A DNA stretch of 64,000 bases, taken from the NCBI GenBank assembly GCA_021325135.1, contig JAJPHT010000046.1, positions 163,885-227,884 on the forward strand. Reading direction: 5' to 3'. Position numbers and translations under genes: made by a program. Numbering within the stretch: the stretch's first letter is position 1; each line of letters opens with the position of its first letter. Of this stretch, positions 1-10,727 are shown piece after piece. This DNA is from Pseudomonadota bacterium. GTDB lineage: Archaea; Thermoplasmatota; SW-10-69-26; JACQPN01; JAJPHT01. Below the pieces are notes generated by a model, which ran no database searches, had not been told where the DNA came from, and saw only the letters and a list, made by a program, of their open reading frames with translations.

Positions 1-1
1 G

Positions 2-799
2 CGCGGCGTCACCGTCGCCGAGGTGACCTACTCCAACAGCATCAGCGTCGCCGAGCACGTCGTCATGATGATCCTCGGCCTCGTGCGCAACTACATCCCC
101 TCCCACCAGGTGGTCGTCGAGGGCGGCTGGAACATCGCGGACTGCGCGTCGCGCTCCTACGACCTGGAAGGCATGCAGGTGGGCTCCGTGGGCGCGGGGC
201 GCATCGGCTCCGCGGTGCTGCGGAGGCTGAAGCCCTTCGACGTGGGCCTGCACTACACCGAGCGCCACCGCCTCCCCGCGCAGGTGGAGAAGGAGCTGGG
301 CCTCACGTACCACGCCTCGGTCGCGGAGATGGTCGCCGCGTGCGACGTCGTCACCATCAACACGCCCCTCTACCCCGAGACGGAGAACCTCTTCGACGCC
401 GCGATGATCTCCAGGATGCGGCGTGGCGCCTACCTCATCAACACCGCGCGGGGCAAGATCTGCAACCGCGACGCGGTGGCCAAGGCGCTGGAGTCGGGCC
501 ACCTCGCGGGCTACGCGGGCGACGTGTGGTTCCCGCAGCCCGCGCCGCAGGACCACCCGTGGAGGACGATGCCCCACCACGGCATGACGCCCCACGTCTC
601 GGGGACGAGCCTCTCGGCGCAGGCGCGCTACGCGGCCGGCACGCGGGAGATCCTGGAATGCTGGCTGGAGAAGCGGCCCATCCGCGAGGAGTACCTCATC
701 GTGGCGGGCGGCAGGCTCGCCGGGACCGGCGCCGTCTCCTACGGCGCGGGCAACGCGACGCGCGGCTCCGAGGAGGCCGCCCGCTTCAAGAAGGCGTGA
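2..799 (+). CDS. fdh: NAD(P)-dependent formate dehydrogenase (D-2-hydroxyacid dehydrogenase family), 5'-truncated by window edge
   Basis: EVTYSNSISVAEH, GAGRIG Rossmann motif, NTARG, GDVWFPQP and TPHVSG match Pseudomonas-type FDH; frame is open from position 2. Confidence 0.92.
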   Translation, partial: RGVTVAEVTYSNSISVAEHVVMMILGLVRNYIPSHQVVVEGGWNIADCASRSYDLEGMQVGSVGAGRIGSAVLRRLKPFDVGLHYTERHRLPAQVEKELGLTYHASVAEMVAACDVVTINTPLYPETENLFDAAMISRMRRGAYLINTARGKICNRDAVAKALESGHLAGYAGDVWFPQPAPQDHPWRTMPHHGMTPHVSGTSLSAQARYAAGTREILECWLEKRPIREEYLIVAGGRLAGTGAVSYGAGNATRGSEEAARFKKA

Positions 800-841
800 T
801 CGCCGGTCCACGTGCGTTTCTCGCTGCGGGGGCGGGACGGC

Positions 842-2149
<1,308 letters not shown>

Positions 2150-2439
2150 GATGGCTTGTCTCGTGGGCGGGACGTCCTCAGCGCGAAGCGCGCAGGGGTT
2201 CCGTATCGCCTGCAACCGCGACGACCCTTCGCGCCGCAGCGCGTGGGGGCCTCGCGGACGGGGGCAGACCGACCTTGAAAAGGGGCGATCGCGGGCTGCC
2301 TTGCCGGAATGTACCGATTCCAGGCCTACCGAGACGGGCATCCCATATGAACCCTCGTCTTTCCGGCCGGTGGGTTCCGGGCCGGCCTCCCTTCTCAGGG
2401 CCCCGGCGGAAGTTAGGATTTCCACCCCGGTTTCCGCGG

Positions 2440-2447
2440 TTTTATAT
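2440..2447 (+). promoter_or_regulatory. TATA-like box for the 2477 gene (likely leaderless transcript)
   Basis: TTTATATC about 30 nt upstream of ATG 2477 in a GC-rich background. Confidence 0.55.
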
Positions 2448-2476
2448 CGCGGCCGACCCCCTCGCCGGGGCTGGCG

Positions 2477-5400
2477 ATGCCTTCCGCCGAGCCTTCCCGG
2501 GTCAAGGGCCTCCTCGACCGCTACGCGCGCCAGCAGCCGCGCCGCGCGCAAGGGGGCCTCGCCAACCTCGCGGGCCTCGACTTCCAGCTTCGCTGCTATC
2601 TCGCCGCGTTCGTGGAGGAGATGGCCTCCTCGTCGGCCGTGGCGCCCGCGGGTGCGCGCTTCCTGGAGGCGCTCTCGGACCTCAGCCTCGTCTCGGACGA
2701 CGCCGTCGCGTGCGTGCAGGTGAAGCGCACCCTCACCCGCGCGAGCCTGGCCAAGGCCGCGGAGGAGGCGGTGGCGCTCGACGAGTTCCTGGAGCGCGAG
2801 GCGCCCGACCTCCACGCCGCGTTCCGCTTCGAGGTCGTGGGGCTCCTGGGCCGCGCCGACGGCTTCGCGCCGGGCTGGGAGGGCGTGCAGCTTCCCCACG
2901 ACGCCGAGGGGCGGGAGGCAAGGCAGGCCCGCTTCGAGCGCATGCTCGCGCAGGGGAAGCTCGCGCCCCCGCGCCTGGAGCCCGACCCGTGGTGGCGCGT
3001 CATCGCCGCCGCATGGCCCGTGCTGGACGAGCCGTTCGCCTTCGCCCGCGAGGCGCTGGACATCTGCCTGCGCCGCGGCCTCGACCCCTCGGGCGCGGAG
3101 CGCACGCGCGACGAGGTCGCCGAGGCGTTCGCGCGGCGCCGCCGGGACGCGGGGCTCATGGGCATGTGCCTGAGGCCCGAGGACGTGGCGGCGGACGCCC
3201 ACCAGTCGCGCGAGACCGTGCTGGGGCAGCGGCCCACCCTGGCTCACCTGCGCGACGGACGCTTCATGGAGCGTCCCGAGCGCGTGGACGCCGCGCTGGC
3301 GGAGTTGGACAGGCACGTGGCGGAGCGCGACCTGCGCCAGGAGCCCTACATCCACGCCCTCTGGATCGAAGGCCGCTCGGGCAACGGGAAGAGCGTGCTC
3401 CTCCTGAAAGCCATGCGCCGCCTCGTCGAGGAGCGCGCGGCGCCCGTGATCTGGCTCGACGACGCCAGCGAGCAGCTTCTGCCCCTCCTCCAGACGTGGG
3501 CCCGCCTGCCGGAGGGCTCCATGGGGCTCTGCTACGTCTTCGTCGACGACTTCTACTCGCCCAACAAGCGCGCCGACATCGGCTTGCCCGAGATCGCGCG
3601 CCTGCTGCGGCGCAAGGACCGCTCCGACTGGCCGGTGCTGGTCACGTGCGGGCCCCCCGAGCAGCGCCTGGAGTGGGCCGCCAGCGGGCAGGACGAGGTC
3701 TTCCGCGTCGCCCACTGGCTCCTGCCCCCCGCCGAGGCCGACGAGCGCGAGGGGCTGCGCGGCTGGTTCCGCGAGCGCACGGGCGTCGAGAGGCGCGCGG
3801 GCGCCGCCTTCGGGGAGAACGACGGCCTCATGATCTCCATGATGTTCGAGATGCGCGAAGGGGACATGGTGGAGTTCGGCCGCCGCTTCCACCAGCGCCT
3901 CAGCGACCTCAACCTCGTGGACTCCATCATCCAGCCCCTGGCCCTCAACCGCCTCTACATCTGGGCGCCGGGCCGCTGGCTGGACGAGTCGCAGAGCGAC
4001 GCGCTGCGCCGCCTCAACCAGGACCGCGACTTCTCCTTCCTCTCCTTCCGCGGCCGCCCCGACACCTACATCCGCATCACGCACCCGCACCTGAGCGACG
4101 GCATCTACAACGCGGTGCGGAGCCGCGCGGACGGCATCGTGCGGGCGCGCGACCTGCACCGCGCCTTCGAGCGCAGCCTGGACACGGACCCCACCGTCGC
4201 GCACCTCGTCCTCGAACGGGTCGCGCGGCAGCACGAGCGCCTCGCCTCGCTGGACGAGGGCGAATTGGCGCGCGGCATGGCCGCCGCGTGGCGCGCGTGG
4301 CTGGCCCGCGGCGGCGCCGCCGGCTTCCACGCCGCGCCCATGTGGACGAACTGGGCCGTCTGGAGCGCGCGCCAGCCCGAGGTCGCCGCCCTCCTGGGCG
4401 AGGCCCCCTCCGAGCATGCGGCGCGGGCGCTCCACGAGGGGCACCCCTACTGGTCCACCCTTTGGGAGCGGCTCGCGACGCTGCCCCCGGAGGCGATGGG
4501 CCCCGCGACGCGCGCCCGCCTCCTGGAGCGGGGCCACCGTTGGCTGCGCGGCAACGAGGCGCGCCCGGAATGGACGTTCGTGTGGCGCCTCCTGGTGGAC
4601 TCGCCCCCGGAGAGCCTCCCTGCGGGCATCGGACGAAGCGACCTCCTGCTCCAGGGGCTCGGCTGGCTCGCGGGGCGCGAGGACCGCCCCGAGTTCCCCT
4701 ACGTCTGGCGCCGGCTCGTGGAGTTGCGCGACGCGCTGCCGGACGCGGCCGCCCTCGACGGCGTCCTGCGCCGGGGAGAAGGATGGCTCGCGGGCCACGA
4801 GGATCGGTTCGCCTGGTCGCGCATCTGGGAGGCGCTGCTGGACCTGCGCGCCCAGGCCGCGCCCGAGCGCGCCCGCCTGCTGCGGCAAGGACGGGAATGG
4901 CTTGCCGGCCGCGAGGAGCGCCCCGAGTGGAATTTCGTCTGGAAGCGCCTCCTGGACCTGCGCGCCGAGCTTCCTCCCGGCGAGGGGGACGATCTGGCCC
5001 GCGAAGGGCGTCTCTGGCTGGTGGGGCGCGAAGAGAGCGCCCAGTGGCCCCACGTCTGGCAGAAGCTCCTGGAGACGGACCTCCCCGCGGACGTGCCGCG
5101 GAGGGACCTGCTCCTGCTGGGCCTGGGGTGGCTGCAGGGGCGCGCCGACCGCCCCGAGTGGAGCTTCGTGTGGCGCCGGCTGGTGGAAGCGCGCCGGGAG
5201 CTCTCCGGTGGGGACGCGCTGTTGATCGAGGGGCAGGCCTGGCTCTCGGGCCGCGAGGGGAACCCCGCGTGGAGCTTCGTGTGGCAAGCCCTCGCGCAGG
5301 AGCGCCAAGGGCTCCCCGCGACGGGCTCCACGGCGCTCCTGGAGGAGGGGTTCCGCTGGCTCCAGGGGCGCGAGGAGCGCCCCGAGTGGGCGTACGTGTT

Positions 5401-6811
5401 GCAAGCCCTCGTGGACCTCGGGCCCGACCTGCCCCCCGGCATCCCTCTCTCGCATCTCGTCGAGGCGGCTCTGGGGTGGGCGGCGAAGCGGCGCGCCAGG
5501 CCCGACTGGTGGCCGCTCTGGCGGAAGGTCGCCGACGGCTGCGCCCTGCTCCCGCCGGGGCCCCTGCGGGACGCGGTCCTCGCCGAAGGGAGCCAGTGGC
5601 TCGCGGAGCACCAGGATCGCCCGGAGTGGTGCTTCGTCTGGCAACGGCTCGTGGACCTCCAGGCGAAGATCGCGCCGGAGGCCGACCTCGGCCCGATCCT
5701 GCGCCAGGGGCTCGCGCGGCTCCGGGGCGGCGAGGACCGCCCCGAATGGACGCACGTGTGGAGGACGCTCGTGGACCTGCGCGCGCACATGCCGGACCAG
5801 GCGCAGGTCGCGCCGCTCCTGGAGTCCGGCCACCGCTGGCTCGCAGGCCGCGAGGAGCGCCCTGGGTGGGGCTTCGTGTGGCAGCGGCTGGTCTGGCTGC
5901 GCGACGAGCTTCCCCCTTCGATCCCCTTGGATGACCTGCTCCTGAAGGGCCGCGAGTGGCTTTCGGGCCGCGAGGGGGACCGGTCGTGGTCGTACGTGTG
6001 GGAGAGCCTGGCGGACGTCGGGAGGGAGCGCCACGGCGAGGCGGAGTTCAGCCGTCTGCTGGTCTTGGGGCATGGATGGCTCCCGGGGAACGAGGACCGC
6101 CCGGATTGGAGCTACATCTGGCGCAAGCTGCGCCGGGGGAGCGCGGACCTTCCGGGCACCCTCGACCACGACGCGCTGCTCGCCACCGGGCGCCGTTGGC
6201 TCTGCGACGGGCCGCCCCGCGGGGAGTGGCCCCTCGTCTGGCTTTCCCACCACAAGGACAAGGCGACAGGCCCCGAGGACCGGGCCTTCCTGGGCGACCT
6301 GGCGTGGGCCTGGCTCCAGCGGCCGGAGAGCCGCGCGCGCCCCGAGTGGACCCAGGTGTGGAGGACCTGCTGCAGGGCGGGCCGCCGGGACCCGGCGTTC
6401 ATGGAGGCGGGCTGGGCGCGCCTCCTCGCGCATCCTGACGCCGTGGAGGCCCCGATGCTTGCGGGCGAGCTCGTGTCGGCCTCCAGGAAACCGGGCGCCT
6501 GGGCTCCGCCCGCGGACCTCAGGGCGTGGACGCACGCGTGGCTCCGGGCGAACCCCGACAACCCCAGCTGGGCGCCCCTCTGGCGCGCCCTTTGGGGCGC
6601 GGAGAGGTCCGAGGCGAGCGCGCGGCTCGCCCTCGAATGGCTCGCCGGAGGCGCCGCCCCGGGGCGGACGGGCTCCGTCGTGAAGCGTCTCTGCCGCGAG
6701 CCGCCGCCCGACGTGCGCGCCATGCTGGAGGCGTGGCTTGCGCTCCACCCCGAGTCCCCCTTCGCCGCGCCCCTGCGCGAGGCGCTGGAGCAGCCGGCCC
6801 CGCAGGCGTGA
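2477..6811 (+). CDS. Putative STAND-like P-loop NTPase with N-terminal Cap4/DUF4297-like PD-(D/E)xK nuclease domain and C-terminal Trp-rich ~40-aa repeats
   Basis: GGLANLAGLDFQ...EALSD...VQVK at N-terminus; Walker A GRSGNGKS (3371-3394); Walker B YVFVDD; RITHPHL; repeated WLxGREERPEWxFVWxRLVDL. Confidence 0.75.
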   Translation: MPSAEPSRVKGLLDRYARQQPRRAQGGLANLAGLDFQLRCYLAAFVEEMASSSAVAPAGARFLEALSDLSLVSDDAVACVQVKRTLTRASLAKAAEEAVALDEFLEREAPDLHAAFRFEVVGLLGRADGFAPGWEGVQLPHDAEGREARQARFERMLAQGKLAPPRLEPDPWWRVIAAAWPVLDEPFAFAREALDICLRRGLDPSGAERTRDEVAEAFARRRRDAGLMGMCLRPEDVAADAHQSRETVLGQRPTLAHLRDGRFMERPERVDAALAELDRHVAERDLRQEPYIHALWIEGRSGNGKSVLLLKAMRRLVEERAAPVIWLDDASEQLLPLLQTWARLPEGSMGLCYVFVDDFYSPNKRADIGLPEIARLLRRKDRSDWPVLVTCGPPEQRLEWAASGQDEVFRVAHWLLPPAEADEREGLRGWFRERTGVERRAGAAFGENDGLMISMMFEMREGDMVEFGRRFHQRLSDLNLVDSIIQPLALNRLYIWAPGRWLDESQSDALRRLNQDRDFSFLSFRGRPDTYIRITHPHLSDGIYNAVRSRADGIVRARDLHRAFERSLDTDPTVAHLVLERVARQHERLASLDEGELARGMAAAWRAWLARGGAAGFHAAPMWTNWAVWSARQPEVAALLGEAPSEHAARALHEGHPYWSTLWERLATLPPEAMGPATRARLLERGHRWLRGNEARPEWTFVWRLLVDSPPESLPAGIGRSDLLLQGLGWLAGREDRPEFPYVWRRLVELRDALPDAAALDGVLRRGEGWLAGHEDRFAWSRIWEALLDLRAQAAPERARLLRQGREWLAGREERPEWNFVWKRLLDLRAELPPGEGDDLAREGRLWLVGREESAQWPHVWQKLLETDLPADVPRRDLLLLGLGWLQGRADRPEWSFVWRRLVEARRELSGGDALLIEGQAWLSGREGNPAWSFVWQALAQERQGLPATGSTALLEEGFRWLQGREERPEWAYVLQALVDLGPDLPPGIPLSHLVEAALGWAAKRRARPDWWPLWRKVADGCALLPPGPLRDAVLAEGSQWLAEHQDRPEWCFVWQRLVDLQAKIAPEADLGPILRQGLARLRGGEDRPEWTHVWRTLVDLRAHMPDQAQVAPLLESGHRWLAGREERPGWGFVWQRLVWLRDELPPSIPLDDLLLKGREWLSGREGDRSWSYVWESLADVGRERHGEAEFSRLLVLGHGWLPGNEDRPDWSYIWRKLRRGSADLPGTLDHDALLATGRRWLCDGPPRGEWPLVWLSHHKDKATGPEDRAFLGDLAWAWLQRPESRARPEWTQVWRTCCRAGRRDPAFMEAGWARLLAHPDAVEAPMLAGELVSASRKPGAWAPPADLRAWTHAWLRANPDNPSWAPLWRALWGAERSEASARLALEWLAGGAAPGRTGSVVKRLCREPPPDVRAMLEAWLALHPESPFAAPLREALEQPAPQA
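4430..6600 (+). repeat. Intragenic tandem repeat, ~120-nt (~40-aa) period, about 17-18 degenerate copies
   Basis: Recurrent tggct..cgggccgcgagga.cgccc.gagtgg encoding W-L-x-G-R-E-[ED]-R-P-E-W-x-[FY]-V-W. Confidence 0.9.
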
Positions 6812-6814
6812 TCG

Positions 6815-8653
6815 TCAGCTTTCCTCGGCGCTCTCGACGCGCTTGTGCCCCTGCTGCTTGAACATGGAGATGATCTCGTCCAGCGTGGTCGCCTCCTCGG
6901 GCTTCTTGTCGTCGCGCACCTTCCCGGTGAAGCGCGGGAAGCGCACGGAGAGCCCGGCCTCCTCCTTGAGGACGCCCCAGCCGGCGGTGTGCAGGGGCGA
7001 GAGCGTCAGCTCGGCGCCCACGACCTCCAGCACCTTCACGGGGGCGAACCACGCGTCGGCGGCGATCCTCGCGCGCACGCGGGGGTGGGGCCCCCCCTCG
7101 TGCTGATAGCTTTTCAGCTCCTCGGTCATGGCCTGGAGCGTGGCGTCGTCGAAGCCGGTGCCCAGCTTGCAGATGGTCTCGAAGACGTCCTCCTCGGGGT
7201 TGTACGAGGCCATGATGAGGGCGCCGTACCAGCCCGCGCGCCGGCCGCGCCCCGCGATGGCGCCCACCACCACGAGGTCCAGCGAGTCCTGGAGCTCGCT
7301 GCTGTACTCGCGCTTGTACTTGATCCATTGATAGCCCCGCGAGCCGGCCTTGTAGAAGCTGTCAGGGCCGACGCTCTTGACCATGATGCCCTCGGCGCCT
7401 TCGGCGACGCTCTGCTCGAAGAAGGCGACGACCTCCTCGGGGGTCGTGACGCGCTTCGCGCGGGAAAGCTGGATGCGCTCGAGCCCCTCCTCGTCGGCGC
7501 CGCGCGCGAGGTCGAAGCTGCGCGTCAGCGCCTCGCGGCGCTCGGGGAGCGGCTTCTCCGTGAGGTCCTCGCCGTCCAGGAGGAGGCAGTCGAAGAGGAA
7601 GAGCGTCACGGGCACCTCCGCGATGACCTCCTCCACGTTCTTCCTGCCGCGGCGCTTCGCCACCTCCTGGAAGGGCTTCATGTCGCCCGTCTGCGGGTCC
7701 ACCGCGACGACCTCGCCCTCCACGATGGCCTCGCGGCCGCGGAACGACTCGCGCAGATAGCCCGCGACGTCGGGGAACTGCCGCGTGAGGTCCTCCAGCC
7801 GCCGGCTGTAGAAATGGATGGCGCCCTGCGCCGGGATGTGCGCCTGGAGGCGCAGCCCGTCGTACTTCAGCTCGCAGAGCCCCTCGCCGCCCATCTTGGC
7901 GAGGATCTCCTCGGGCGTGGGCAGGCGCTCCGCGAGCATGGCGCGCATGGGCACGCCCACCTGCGCGCGCATCTCCTCCACCGCCGCGAGGCCGCCCTTG
8001 AGCAGCGTCTCGCCCACGAGGCCCAGGTCGCTGCACACGTTGTACGCGCGCTCCAGGTCGGGGCGGTACTCCTTGGTGGCGAAGGCCGCCGCCATGGCGT
8101 CGAGGATCGTCATGTCCGCGATTCCCAGGCGCAGCTTCCCCGTGACGGTGCGCACGAGGTAGCGCGCCTCGCGGGGGCTCGCGCGGGCGAGGAGCTTCTG
8201 GAGGAGCGAGAGCTTGCCCGACTGCGAGCCGGCGCCCGCGGAGCGCGCGATCTCGTGGAAGCGCTCGAACACCTCGGTGACGGGCATGGAGGCCTGCGGC
8301 TGGTTCTCCTCGGCGAAGAGGCTCGCCTGGCGCCGGCGCGCCTTGCGCTGCGAGAGCACCTCGAAGGCCGCGTCGCCCAGGTCGCCCGCCTTGTGGTACG
8401 CCTTGGTGAGGTCCTCCTCGGAGACGCCGGTGGACTCGTGGAGCGCGCGCATGACGAGCTTCTCCGCGACGCCAAGCTCGATGCCCTCGAAGTCGGCCGC
8501 CAGCTGCCCGCGGGTGAGGTACACGACCGCGCGCAGGTCGCCGTCCGCCTCGCGCAGCAGCTCCACGAGGATGTCCGTCATCTCCAGGCGCTTGGTCGTC
8601 TCCTCCAGCCGCTCGTAGAACTGGCAGAGGCGCTCGTAGTCCACGCTGGGCAC
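6815..8653 (-). CDS. lig: ATP-dependent DNA ligase (archaeal type)
   Basis: KYDGLR motif I, VEGEVV, LFDCL, EGIMVK, WIKYK, LDLVVVG, RFPRF; GTG start at 8653 preceded by GGAGG. Confidence 0.96.
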   Translation of the reverse strand: MPSVDYERLCQFYERLEETTKRLEMTDILVELLREADGDLRAVVYLTRGQLAADFEGIELGVAEKLVMRALHESTGVSEEDLTKAYHKAGDLGDAAFEVLSQRKARRRQASLFAEENQPQASMPVTEVFERFHEIARSAGAGSQSGKLSLLQKLLARASPREARYLVRTVTGKLRLGIADMTILDAMAAAFATKEYRPDLERAYNVCSDLGLVGETLLKGGLAAVEEMRAQVGVPMRAMLAERLPTPEEILAKMGGEGLCELKYDGLRLQAHIPAQGAIHFYSRRLEDLTRQFPDVAGYLRESFRGREAIVEGEVVAVDPQTGDMKPFQEVAKRRGRKNVEEVIAEVPVTLFLFDCLLLDGEDLTEKPLPERREALTRSFDLARGADEEGLERIQLSRAKRVTTPEEVVAFFEQSVAEGAEGIMVKSVGPDSFYKAGSRGYQWIKYKREYSSELQDSLDLVVVGAIAGRGRRAGWYGALIMASYNPEEDVFETICKLGTGFDDATLQAMTEELKSYQHEGGPHPRVRARIAADAWFAPVKVLEVVGAELTLSPLHTAGWGVLKEEAGLSVRFPRFTGKVRDDKKPEEATTLDEIISMFKQQGHKRVESAEES

Positions 8654-8694
8654 TTGGCCTCCGCCCGGATATGCCCTTGCCCGGGCGCGGGTCC

Positions 8695-8928
8695 CTACTC
8701 GTGGGAGCGCAGCGCGCGGTGGTGCAGCTCCACGACGCGCTCGAAGCCCCACGCGACGATGACGAGGCCCACCAGCGCGACCGCGCGCCCCGCCACGTCC
8801 AGCGCGGGCGTCGCGTAGCGGAGCCCCACGTTCACGAGCGCGGCCAGCTGGGAGAGGCCCATGAGCGTCCAGCCGAGCAGGCGCAGGCGCACGAGGCGGT
8901 GCTCCGCCCGGATCACGCTGGCCGCCAT
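8695..8928 (-). CDS. Small two-helix membrane protein
   Basis: Two hydrophobic stretches; ATG 8928 with GGGGGAG upstream. Confidence 0.55.
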   Translation of the reverse strand: MAASVIRAEHRLVRLRLLGWTLMGLSQLAALVNVGLRYATPALDVAGRAVALVGLVIVAWGFERVVELHHRALRSHE

Positions 8929-9016
8929 CGCTCCCCCTGGGCCGCGGGGGGCGTTTCTTCTCTGCGGCCGAAGCATGGGCGAGAAAGGCCAAGGGCGCGG
9001 CGCGCGAGGTCCCCGC

Positions 9017-9340
9017 ATGGACGACAAGGCGTCGACGCGCCCCCGGGGCCGCGCGCGGCCGGACCCCGGGAGGCCCGATCACCAGCCCGGCCTCGATGAC
9101 GCGCCCGGCGCGCCCGCGGCGAGCCCGCTGGGCCGCGGCGCGAACCCGGGCACGGTCCCCGACACGTACCCCCTCGCCGATCCGCGCGGCAGCATCGCGG
9201 GCCTGCGCGGCATGGACGTGCCTGGCGCGCGGGGCGGGCCCTCGGGCTTCGAGGACCGCGAGAACGAGGACGTGACGCCCCGCGCGCGGCGAGGCGCGAC
9301 CGAGGGCATCCAGTCCGAGGACAACGAGGCGGAGCGCTGA
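9017..9340 (+). CDS. Small low-complexity (disordered) hypothetical protein
   Basis: MDDKAS... fills the gap between genes; Pro/Gly/Asp-rich. Confidence 0.45.
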   Translation: MDDKASTRPRGRARPDPGRPDHQPGLDDAPGAPAASPLGRGANPGTVPDTYPLADPRGSIAGLRGMDVPGARGGPSGFEDRENEDVTPRARRGATEGIQSEDNEAER

Positions 9341-10090
<750 letters not shown>

Positions 10091-10128
10091 GCAGCGCGCA
10101 GCCGTGCGGCCTCGGATGAGGGTTTGCG

Positions 10129-10158
10129 GAAAAAAGGGGCGGTCCCGAGCGGGACCCG
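10129..10158 (-). terminator. Hairpin plus U-tract terminator
   Basis: Minus strand reads GGTCCCG-CT-CGGGACC followed by GCCCCTTTTTT directly after stop at 10161. Confidence 0.55.
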
Positions 10159-10160
10159 GG

Positions 10161-10229
10161 CTACTTCTTGGCGTTGGCCTTGGTCATGTGAAGGATGAGC
10201 ATGGCCTCGCCACTCGTATCATCAATCAC
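10161..10229 (-). CDS. Candidate ~22-aa micropeptide (MIDDTSGEAMLILHMTKANAKK)
   Basis: GTG at 10229 with AT-richer box CTCAATAC about 22 nt upstream and a terminator right after the stop. Confidence 0.3.
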   Translation of the reverse strand: MIDDTSGEAMLILHMTKANAKK

Positions 10230-10324
10230 GCCCGGAACGTCGTCCGCGCAGGTATTGAGAGTTGCGGTTCGACCCCCGACGCGACCCGTCACTTTGACGG
10301 CGGCTGGCGGCCTGTGCGCTCCCG

Positions 10325-10699
10325 CTAACGCTGGATGAGCAGGAACTCGTTGCCGTCCGGATCGGCGATGGTCGCGTAGGTGGGGCCCCAGGGCGCCTTC
10401 CAGGCCTCGTCCACGATGTGGCCGCCGCGCTTGCGGATCTCCTCCGCGCTGGCCTTGGCGTCGCGGGCGGTGAACATGACGCCCGTGATGGTGCCCGGCG
10501 GCCTGCCCGGCTCGTTGGGGCGCATGACGTGGGCGACGAGGGTCGCGCCGCCGGGGATCTGCCAGACGCCGCGCCCGTCGCCCTCCTCCCAGGAGAGCTC
10601 CTTGAGCCCCAGCACGCGGGAGTAGAACTCGCGGGCCTTGCCCTTGTTCGGCTCGGTGAGGTGGACCGTGATCGCGTCGAGCCCCTGGATGACGTCCAT
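10325..10699 (-). CDS. VOC/glyoxalase family protein
   Basis: AREFYSRVLGL, PWG, DPDGNEF motifs. Confidence 0.9.
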   Translation of the reverse strand: MDVIQGLDAITVHLTEPNKGKAREFYSRVLGLKELSWEEGDGRGVWQIPGGATLVAHVMRPNEPGRPPGTITGVMFTARDAKASAEEIRKRGGHIVDEAWKAPWGPTYATIADPDGNEFLLIQR

Positions 10700-10727
10700 G
10701 CGTCCCCGGCACGCGCGGGGGACCGCT

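Noticed and set aside
2150-6748. 1968-aa minus-strand ORF 842..6748 as a giant helicase fusion
   Set aside because: Only the last 435 aa are DEAD-box helicase; the rest is the stop-free antisense shadow of the 2477..6811 gene
10262-10292. GGTTCGACCCC resembling a tRNA T-loop
   Set aside because: No 5-bp T stem, acceptor stem or D/anticodon arms can be built around it
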